DNA of 64,000 bases from Omnitrophica WOR_2 bacterium RIFOXYA2_FULL_38_17. Its GTDB lineage: Bacteria > Omnitrophota > Gorgyraeia > Zapsychrales > Zapsychraceae. This document shows, in pieces, positions 57,076 to 64,000 of this stretch (within the stretch, counting starts at the first letter, position 1; every line of letters begins with the position of its first letter). The stretch lies in assembly GCA_001805965.1 (NCBI GenBank), contig MHHG01000028.1, positions 9,193-73,192 on the forward strand, read 5' to 3'. The translations under genes and the position numbers were made by a program. Under the pieces are notes generated by a model. The model worked only from the letters and a program-made list of their open reading frames with translations, made no database searches and had not been told where the DNA came from.

Positions 57076-57095
57076 TTATACACATTTGTGGATAC
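57076..57095. promoter_or_regulatory. Inverted pair of DnaA-box-like 9-mers in the mlaE-mlaF spacer
   Basis: TTATACACA (+, fits TTATNCACA) and TGTGGATAC (reverse complement GTATCCACA, 1 mismatch), 2 nt apart. Confidence 0.45.
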
Positions 57096-57157
57096 TTTGT
57101 AACATAATGGAAAATAGTTGGGTAAACTGAATTTAAAAATCAAAGAATGCATCTTAA

Positions 57158-57931
57158 ATGATTGAAATTGTAAATTTAAATAAATCTTTTGGCGAAAATG
57201 TTGTCCTTAAAAATGTTAATTTGACAATTGAAACAGGCCAGACCAAGGTTATTATCGGGAGGTCCGGTGTTGGAAAGAGCGTTCTTTTAAAAAGTATTAT
57301 GGGGATACTAATCCCCGATTCAGGCTCTATAAAGATAGATGGCGTTGAGGTCACGGATCTGCCTGAAAAGGAATATAACAAGATCCGGATGAAAATCGGT
57401 ATGGTATTTCAGGGCGGGGCGCTTTTTGATTCTATGAATGTTGCAGAGAATGTTGCTTTTGTCCTAAATGAATTTATGAGATTAGACAAAAGAACGGTTG
57501 ATAAAAAGATCGAAGAAAGTTTGGCCTTGGTAGGATTGCAAGGTGTTGAGGATATGATGCCGTCTGAGTTAAGCGGCGGGATGAAAAAAAGAGTCAGCCT
57601 GGCGCGTGTCTTATGTATGGACCCCGAGGTTATTTTTTATGATGAACCGACAACAGGTGTTGATCCGGTAACAGCTGATGCTATCAATACTTTAATAGTT
57701 GAGCTTAGAAATAAGCTTGATGTGACCTCAATTGTCGTTACTCATGATATGAATTCAGCATATAAAGTCGCTGATAAAATAGCAATGATATATTCAGGAC
57801 AAGTGATAGCCGAGGGAACGCCTCAGGAGATACAGCAGGCAACGCATCCCGTAGTAAGGCAGTTTATTAACGGGGATGCAAAAGGGCCTATTACTGATGG
57901 TGAACATCTTGTGTTTGGCCATCTCACATAA
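57158..57931 (+). CDS. mlaF: MlaF lipid ABC transporter ATPase
   Basis: GRSGVGKS, FQGGALFDSM, LSGGMKKR, DEPTTGVDP. Confidence 0.94.
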   Translation: MIEIVNLNKSFGENVVLKNVNLTIETGQTKVIIGRSGVGKSVLLKSIMGILIPDSGSIKIDGVEVTDLPEKEYNKIRMKIGMVFQGGALFDSMNVAENVAFVLNEFMRLDKRTVDKKIEESLALVGLQGVEDMMPSELSGGMKKRVSLARVLCMDPEVIFYDEPTTGVDPVTADAINTLIVELRNKLDVTSIVVTHDMNSAYKVADKIAMIYSGQVIAEGTPQEIQQATHPVVRQFINGDAKGPITDGEHLVFGHLT

Positions 57932-57965
57932 CAATTAGAACATTTTAACTTTGGGGGAAACCATT

Positions 57966-58688
57966 ATGCCTAGGGAGTCAAATCTTGCTTTTAAAGTTGG
58001 ATTGTTTGTTCTTATAGCATGTATTGGATTGACGGTATTTGTTTTTTCAGTCTCCGATACTACGGTTTTTGAAGGAGGACAGCAAATAAAGGTTGTTTTT
58101 GAATTCGCGAATGGCTTGAAAAAGAATGCACCTGTGAGGATAGCAGGTGTTGATGAAGGCATTGTTAAAGAAATAAATCTCTTCTTCGACAAGGCAGATG
58201 GAAAGACAAAAGTTGATATTTCATTATGGGTCAGAAAGGGAGTAATGATACCGGGGGACTCAACAATTCTGATTAACCAATTAGGCTTAATGGGTGAAAA
58301 ATATATTGAGATCCTGCCTGGAAAAGACAGGGTTAATTTTCTGCAAGAAGGGCACAAGATCAAAGGGAAAGATCCTATTTCCCAGGAAGCGATGTCTGAA
58401 AGAGTTATGCAGGTTGCAGACAAGCTTGAGCATACTGCCGACGGCGTTAACAAATTAATTCATAATGGAACGAACCTGGAATCTGTTGAGCAGGCATTAA
58501 AGAGCATATCCTCGATCTCTATAAGTTTGGATGAGATCATTACTGATGTAAAGGGCGGGGGTGGGACTGTTGGACGGTTGCTGTATGATGAGGGCCTTTA
58601 TGAGAATCTGGAGAGCTTGAGCGCTGATCTAAAAGCTAATCCATGGAAGCTTCTGCATAGGCCTAAGGCAAGAGATAAAAAAGAGTAA
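57966..58688 (+). CDS. mlaD: MlaD/MCE domain protein with C-terminal helical extension
   Basis: KVGLF TM, GLKKNAPVRIAGV, GLMGEKYIEI, helical tail GTVGRLL...NPWKLL. Confidence 0.92.
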   Translation: MPRESNLAFKVGLFVLIACIGLTVFVFSVSDTTVFEGGQQIKVVFEFANGLKKNAPVRIAGVDEGIVKEINLFFDKADGKTKVDISLWVRKGVMIPGDSTILINQLGLMGEKYIEILPGKDRVNFLQEGHKIKGKDPISQEAMSERVMQVADKLEHTADGVNKLIHNGTNLESVEQALKSISSISISLDEIITDVKGGGGTVGRLLYDEGLYENLESLSADLKANPWKLLHRPKARDKKE

Positions 58689-58696
58689 ATACCAAA

Positions 58697-60064
58697 ATGA
58701 AAACTAAAACAATATTTGTTTGCCAGGAATGTGGAACACAATCGCCAAGATGGGTCGGGAAATGTTCGAATTGTGATGGCTGGAATACTTTCGTTGAAGA
58801 AAATAATACACCGGTCGATTCAAGTAAGCGCGGAAATGTTGTTTACGAGGAAGAGCCTGTTCTTCTTTCAGATATCCTGGTTCAAGATGAGAATAGGATT
58901 TTAACGAATATTTCAGAGTTTGATTCGGTTATAGGCGGTGGAATAGTGTTAGGCTCCGTTACGTTAATTGGAGGGGATCCGGGAATAGGAAAATCCACTT
59001 TATCCCTTCAGGTCGGGTGCTCTTTGGGGAAAAAAGGTGTAAAGGTCCTTTATGTTAGCGGCGAGGAATCTGTAAAGCAGACAATGATGCGAGCTAAACG
59101 CCTTAGCAATAATGATAATGATTCGCTTTATATTGTTAATCAGATCGACCTCAAGACAATTATTAAACATATTGAGGATTTGGGACCGGATGTAGTTGTT
59201 ATTGATTCTATACAGGTTGTGTCGCACTCTGAATTGACGTCGACCCCTGGAAGCGTAAGCCAGGTCAGGGAATGTGCTGCAATACTTACACATATTGCAA
59301 AGACAAAAGGTATTTCATTGTTTATTATTGGGCATGTGACCAAAGAGGGATTGCTTGCCGGACCAAGGGTTTTAGAGCATATAGTTGATACGGTTCTTTA
59401 TTTTGAAGGCGAGAGGTATTCAACATACAGGGTGCTTAGAGCGACAAAGAACAGATTTGGCTCAACTAATGAGATCGGGGTATTTGAAATGACATCTTTT
59501 GGATTGAAAGAGGTGCCGAATCCTTCAGAGATCTTCTTGTCAGAGCGTCCCCAGAACACTTCAGGCTCAGTCGTTATCCCTATCATGGAAGGCACAAGGC
59601 CTTTTTTGGTGGAAATACAGGGATTGGTTAGCAGGTCTACTTTTGGCGTGGTTAGGCAAAAGGCTCAGGGATTTGATGCGAATCGTCTGGCGTTGTTGAT
59701 CGCTGTTCTGGATAAGAGGTTAGGCATGAACCTGGGGGATAAAGATGTCTTCTTGAATGTGGTAGGCGGGGTCAGGGTAATGGACCCAGCTGCAGACCTG
59801 GCAGTCTCAATTGCTATTGCTTCAGCGCTTTTAGACCGGCCTATTCCTAGCGATACAGTGGTTTTTGGAGAGGTAGGGCTATCGTCAGAGGTCAGAAGTG
59901 TCAGCCAGGTCGTTTCGCGGGTCAATGAGGCGCAAAAGCTCGGTTTCAAAAAATGTATAATTCCGAAGAATAATCTGAAGTCTCAGGAGGAATTAAGATC
60001 TTTTAAGATTGAGATAATTCCGGTTGAAACAGTAAAAGAAGCTCTAGAGTATTTAAAGAAGTGA
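58697..60064 (+). CDS. radA: DNA repair protein RadA/Sms
   Basis: C4 zinc finger, GDPGIGKST, KNRFG, Lon-like C-terminus. Confidence 0.97.
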   Translation: MKTKTIFVCQECGTQSPRWVGKCSNCDGWNTFVEENNTPVDSSKRGNVVYEEEPVLLSDILVQDENRILTNISEFDSVIGGGIVLGSVTLIGGDPGIGKSTLSLQVGCSLGKKGVKVLYVSGEESVKQTMMRAKRLSNNDNDSLYIVNQIDLKTIIKHIEDLGPDVVVIDSIQVVSHSELTSTPGSVSQVRECAAILTHIAKTKGISLFIIGHVTKEGLLAGPRVLEHIVDTVLYFEGERYSTYRVLRATKNRFGSTNEIGVFEMTSFGLKEVPNPSEIFLSERPQNTSGSVVIPIMEGTRPFLVEIQGLVSRSTFGVVRQKAQGFDANRLALLIAVLDKRLGMNLGDKDVFLNVVGGVRVMDPAADLAVSIAIASALLDRPIPSDTVVFGEVGLSSEVRSVSQVVSRVNEAQKLGFKKCIIPKNNLKSQEELRSFKIEIIPVETVKEALEYLKK

Positions 60065-60146
60065 ATTTGTGGCCTGTTTGGGGATTTTTTTGTGCTTGAG
60101 ATTTAAATATCTTTAACAATATAAATTTTAAAACTGGGGGGTAACA

Positions 60147-61151
60147 ATGACATTGATGTTTATACGCATCTTCTTTTTTATTTTAAGCGGGGTCGTTGGT
60201 TTTTATATTGGTTCGATACTTGAATCTAACCTTTTAGGTTTGGAGCTTGGCCTTTTGAGCGGGCTTGTTCTGATCTTCTTAGAGAGAAGATTGCACAAGG
60301 TTTCCGTCAGAGGTTTATCTAGCATGGTCTTTGGTCTTTTGCTTGGTATTGTAATGGCGAAACTTATCTCCGATATACTCTTTTTATTGCCGTTAGGTCT
60401 ATTTGTCCAATCGACATCAAGGGTAGTATTAACAATTATTTTCTCGTATTTGGGAGCTGTTATAGCTTTAAGGGGCAAGGATGAATTTAATATCATCATT
60501 CCTTATGTACGATTTAGAAGACAGGATGTCCGAGAGGAGAATGTTCTTTTAGATACAAGCGCGATCATTGATGGAAGGATATTTGAAATATACAAATCAA
60601 AATTCGTTCCCGGAAGATTAATTGTCCCTGAATTTGTTTTAAAGGAATTACAAAAATTAGCCGATTCACAGGATGAGCAAAAAAGGCAAAAAGGAAGAAG
60701 AGGCATCGACCTGCTCAATACTATGCAAAAAGACCCAAAGATCGATGTAAGGATCCGTGAGGATGAGCTGGCTATCAAGGATGATGTTGATACTGAACTG
60801 GTCAGGCTTGCAAAATTGATCGATGCAAAGGTCTGCACTACGGATTATAATTTAAGCCAAGTTGCTGTTTTGCAAAATGTGGACATCCTGAATGTCCATG
60901 AGCTTTTTAATGCTATGAAGTTCGTGATTTTTGTGGGGCAGAAGATAGAGGTCAAGCTTGTTAAGGAAGGAAAGGAGTCCGATCAGGCATTAGCCTATCT
61001 GGAAGACGGGACTATGATAGTCGTCGCAGGGGCAAAGCATCTTCTTGGCAGAAGTGTAAAGGTAATCATTACTTCTGTTCTGCAGAATCAAGCAGGAAAA
61101 ATGGTTTTTGCGAAACTGGCTTATGAGGAAGGTGCAAATAATAATCAATGA
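60147..61151 (+). CDS. yacL: Membrane PIN/TRAM domain protein (YacL/Rae-type family)
   Basis: Four TM, LDTSAIIDGR PIN motif, TTDYNL, YLEDGTMIVV TRAM. Confidence 0.88.
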   Translation: MTLMFIRIFFFILSGVVGFYIGSILESNLLGLELGLLSGLVLIFLERRLHKVSVRGLSSMVFGLLLGIVMAKLISDILFLLPLGLFVQSTSRVVLTIIFSYLGAVIALRGKDEFNIIIPYVRFRRQDVREENVLLDTSAIIDGRIFEIYKSKFVPGRLIVPEFVLKELQKLADSQDEQKRQKGRRGIDLLNTMQKDPKIDVRIREDELAIKDDVDTELVRLAKLIDAKVCTTDYNLSQVAVLQNVDILNVHELFNAMKFVIFVGQKIEVKLVKEGKESDQALAYLEDGTMIVVAGAKHLLGRSVKVIITSVLQNQAGKMVFAKLAYEEGANNNQ

Positions 61152-61837
61152 AAACACAGGCAATACTTGCAATAGCCGGATTTGGGACCAGATTGAAGGC
61201 GAGTGAGCCGAAGGCGCTGCTTGCTGTTTGTGGCATGCCGATCTTCATGTATTCTTTAAAGGTTTTTGAGAACAGCGGCTTAATAGACAGCGTGGTTATC
61301 GTCACGCAAGAGAGGTTTATTGATAAGTTTAACGAGATAATAGCGGAACATGGTATTAAAAAAGTTAAGAAGATAGTTGCCGGCGGCGATACAAGATTTG
61401 AATCAGTCAATAAAGGCCTACATGAGATAGATGATGATACAGATATTGTTCTTGTTCATGATGGGGCAAGGCCGTTAATTACTGCTGATTTAGTTGACAG
61501 GTCAATTGAATTAACAAAGGAATATGGAGCGGTTATTGTTGCTGTAGAGGTAAAGCCAACGATCAAAAGAGCTGGCGATGATTTGTTCGTTAAAGAGACC
61601 TTGAATAGGAATGAACTTTGGGAAGTGCAGACCCCTCAGGTTTTCAGGAAAAAGATACTTTTAAAAGCACATGAACAAAAAAGATCCGGCACCCCTACGG
61701 ATGATGCATCTTTGGTTGAACAGCTCGGCGTGAAAGTAAAGATATTGAAGGGGGATTATAGGAACATAAAGGTTACGACAAAAGAGGATATTATTGTCGC
61801 AGAGGCATTTTTAAATCAAACTGGAAATGAAAGTTAA
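61148..61837 (+). CDS. ispD: 2-C-methyl-D-erythritol 4-phosphate cytidylyltransferase
   Basis: AGFGTRL, HDGARP, QTPQ, TDD, NIKVTT. Confidence 0.95.
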   Translation: MKTQAILAIAGFGTRLKASEPKALLAVCGMPIFMYSLKVFENSGLIDSVVIVTQERFIDKFNEIIAEHGIKKVKKIVAGGDTRFESVNKGLHEIDDDTDIVLVHDGARPLITADLVDRSIELTKEYGAVIVAVEVKPTIKRAGDDLFVKETLNRNELWEVQTPQVFRKKILLKAHEQKRSGTPTDDASLVEQLGVKVKILKGDYRNIKVTTKEDIIVAEAFLNQTGNES

Positions 61838-61842
61838 CTGAT

Positions 61843-62337
61843 ATGGAAAATAATGTTCAACATAGGGTTGGTATCGGGTATGATGTCCACCGTTTAGTTG
61901 AGGGAAGAAAACTTGTTATCGGGGGTGTGGAAATACCTTATTCAAAAGGATTGCTTGGCCATTCTGATGCAGATGTTCTGTTGCATGCGATATCGGATGC
62001 TTTGCTTGGAGCAATAGGCAAAGGCGATATCGGGGAACATTTTCCTGATGATGATGAAAAATATAAAGATATTTCAAGCATGCAGCTGTTAAAAAGAGTA
62101 AGCGACCTTGTTATGGATGAAGGATATGTGATCAGCAATGTTGATACGGTCATACAGGCTCAAGAACCAAAATTAATGCAGTATAAATCCCAGATGAAAT
62201 TTCATATAGCATATGAGTTAGCAATTGATGAGGATTCTGTCAATATAAAAGCAACCACTCTCGAGAAATTAGGGCCGATAGGAAATTGTGAAGGGATTGC
62301 TGCATTTGCAACGGTTTTATTGGCCAAGAAAGCGTAG
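61843..62337 (+). CDS. ispF: 2-C-methyl-D-erythritol 2,4-cyclodiphosphate synthase
   Basis: GYDVH, GHSDADV, GDIG, KATT. Confidence 0.96.
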   Translation: MENNVQHRVGIGYDVHRLVEGRKLVIGGVEIPYSKGLLGHSDADVLLHAISDALLGAIGKGDIGEHFPDDDEKYKDISSMQLLKRVSDLVMDEGYVISNVDTVIQAQEPKLMQYKSQMKFHIAYELAIDEDSVNIKATTLEKLGPIGNCEGIAAFATVLLAKKA

Positions 62338-62373
62338 CTTTATTCTTCAATTTTAAAGGAATGTGAGGAAGAT

Positions 62374-63075
62374 ATGGGAATATTAAATTTATTGATGGGT
62401 ATTATTTTGGTTATTGCAGGGTTCGTGCTGCTGGTAACTATATTTTTTAAACAAGAGATAGAATCCTGCAAGGAAAAGGACCCTGCTGCAAAAGGCTTTA
62501 TAGAGATCGTGCTTTTATATCCGGGGTTGCATGCGATCATTGCTTATCGAATGGCGCATTATTTATTAAATAAAAAAATACCTTTTATCCCGGACTTGAT
62601 ATCAAAGGTCGCCAGGTTCATTACCGGTATCGAAATTCATCCGGGTGCTCAGATCAAAAGAGGGTTTTTTGTTGACCATGGAATGGGCGTTGTGATCGGG
62701 GAAACATCTGTCGTCGGAGAAAATGTCACTTTGTTCCAGGGAGTAACATTGGGGGGGACCGGAAAAGAGATAGGGAAAAGGCATCCTACATTAGGAGATA
62801 ATATAGTCGTCGGGGCAGGTGCAAAGATATTAGGAAATATAACTATCGGGTCAAACTCATATGTTGGGGCAAACGCTGTTGTCCTAAAATCTGTTCCGGA
62901 AAACACAACGGTAGTAGGTGTTCCCGGGCAGATCACGAAACAGGATGGAAAGAAGATCGATAAGATGATGGACCATATACATGTTCTGGACCCGGTTATG
63001 TTGAAAATTGGAGAAATGCAGGAGCAAATTGATTCGCTCGCGGAGCGATTAAAGGATAAAGACGGGGGTAAGTAG
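62374..63075 (+). CDS. cysE: Serine O-acetyltransferase with an N-terminal hydrophobic helix
   Basis: DPAA, YPGLHA, TGIEIHPGA, DHGMG, GVTLGGTG, RHP; lies next to cysS. Confidence 0.92.
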   Translation: MGILNLLMGIILVIAGFVLLVTIFFKQEIESCKEKDPAAKGFIEIVLLYPGLHAIIAYRMAHYLLNKKIPFIPDLISKVARFITGIEIHPGAQIKRGFFVDHGMGVVIGETSVVGENVTLFQGVTLGGTGKEIGKRHPTLGDNIVVGAGAKILGNITIGSNSYVGANAVVLKSVPENTTVVGVPGQITKQDGKKIDKMMDHIHVLDPVMLKIGEMQEQIDSLAERLKDKDGGK

Positions 63076-63077
63076 AT

Positions 63078-64000
63078 TTGAAGGTCTATAATTCGTTAAC
63101 GAAAGCAAAAGAAGATTTTGAGCCGCTAAATGGCAATAAGGTAAATATGTATTCTTGCGGAGTGACTGTTTATGACAAGTGCCATATCGGGCATGCAAGG
63201 AGCTTGTATATATTTGATGTGATCAGGCGGCATTTGAAGAATTCAGGTTTTGATGTTACCTTTGTCCGGAATATTACAGATGTTGATGATAAGATCATTG
63301 CCAAAGCTAATCAGTCTGGTAAAACTTTTGAGGACGTTGTTGAAGAAAATATCGTTCTTTATGAGAATGACCTTGCAATGCTTAAAATCGATAAGGCGGA
63401 TATTGAGCCGAGAGCGACCCATAATATTGAAGGCATGAAGGTCCATGTCCAGGCTTTGATCGATAAAGGTTTCGCCTATGAAGCAGGGGGCGATGTTTAT
63501 TTTAAGGTACGAAAATTTGAGGATTATGGTAAGCTGTCCGGCCAGAGTATTGAGAAAATGCTTGAGGGCGTCAGGATAGAGGCGGATTCAAAAAAGCAGG
63601 ACCCTCTGGATTTTGCTCTTTGGAAGAGATCCAAGCCGGGCGAGCCTTTTTGGCCAAGTCCTTGGGGAGAGGGAAGGCCAGGCTGGCATATTGAATGTTC
63701 AGTTATGAGCATGAAGGAGCTAGGGTGTGACACTTTAGATATTCACGCTGGCGGCCGTGACCTTGTTTTTCCTCATCACGAAAATGAAATTGCCCAAAGC
63801 GAGGCGTTGACAGGCAAGCCGTTTGCAAAATATTGGATCCATAATGGATTATTGAAAATAGATGGCCAGAAAATGGCGAAATCACTAGGGAACTTTATTA
63901 CAGTTGAGGATGCTTTACAGAAATATGATGTTGATGATGTTAAGATGTTTTTCTTGTCTTCTCATTATTCCAGTGAAATAGACTTTTCGGATAAGAACAT
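63078..64000 (+). CDS. cysS: Cysteinyl-tRNA synthetase (partial, runs off the window end)
   Basis: TTG start; CGVTVY, HIGH, NITDVDDK, DFALWK, GRPGWHIEC, FPHHENE, KMAKS. Confidence 0.96.
   Translation, partial: MKVYNSLTKAKEDFEPLNGNKVNMYSCGVTVYDKCHIGHARSLYIFDVIRRHLKNSGFDVTFVRNITDVDDKIIAKANQSGKTFEDVVEENIVLYENDLAMLKIDKADIEPRATHNIEGMKVHVQALIDKGFAYEAGGDVYFKVRKFEDYGKLSGQSIEKMLEGVRIEADSKKQDPLDFALWKRSKPGEPFWPSPWGEGRPGWHIECSVMSMKELGCDTLDIHAGGRDLVFPHHENEIAQSEALTGKPFAKYWIHNGLLKIDGQKMAKSLGNFITVEDALQKYDVDDVKMFFLSSHYSSEIDFSDKN

Noticed and set aside
57067-57157. oriC
   Set aside because: Only two boxes, a short spacer, and no change in gene orientation on either side
62338-62373. T-box riboswitch before cysE-cysS as in Bacillus
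   Set aside because: The spacer is only 36 nt
1-64000. CRISPR array, prophage, IS transposase, anti-phage island, stop-codon recoding or selenoprotein
   Set aside because: No regularly spaced repeats, phage or transposase motifs seen; the PLD and PIN proteins fit lipid and housekeeping families; TGA acts as a normal stop (dnaB, ispE, radA). By-eye inspection could miss weak signals

Overview
A dense, AT-rich bacterial chromosomal window with about 70 protein genes, nearly all on the + strand, and one tRNA-Gln(UUG). I see no CRISPR array, prophage, integrase or transposase. Positions 1-28.9 kb are a mixed accessory region: glycosylation genes (Gfo/Idh/MocA, a DPM-like GT2, a TMTC-like GT-C), a soluble 3xPAS hybrid kinase with Hpt, a lipoprotein phospholipase D, GH5, RNA-modification enzymes, an ABC-F ATPase next to a stand-alone Smr, an HhH-GPD glycosylase, rmuC, pgeF, cutA and a SurA/PpiD-like chaperone. 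Positions 29.2-64 kb are one co-oriented housekeeping block: hisG, a bS22-like peptide, TPR, ispE, spoVG, tRNA-Gln, glmU, prs, rplY, pth, rpsF, ssb, rpsR, rplI, dnaB, bamA, skp, lpxD, lpxC-fabZ fusion, lpxA, lpxI, lysS, lolC/E, lolD, ilvE, mcsA, mcsB, clpC, a short TamB/AsmA-like gene, mlaE, mlaF, mlaD, radA, yacL, ispD, ispF, cysE and partial cysS. Gene content indicates an LPS diderm with Firmicute-like clusters, most consistent with the PVC group, probably Candidatus Omnitrophota (inference). The best candidate for an undescribed system is the mini-TamB/AsmA-like protein with a beta-signal-like C-terminus encoded directly ahead of mlaEFD, with no mlaA/B/C in the window. Other candidates are the ABC-F + Smr pair, a membrane-anchored CysE, a non-canonical SSB tail, two small ORFs missing from the ORF track, a REPIN-like nested palindrome and a DnaA-box pair inside the mla cluster. 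All product calls come from motif recognition by eye; no database searches were run.
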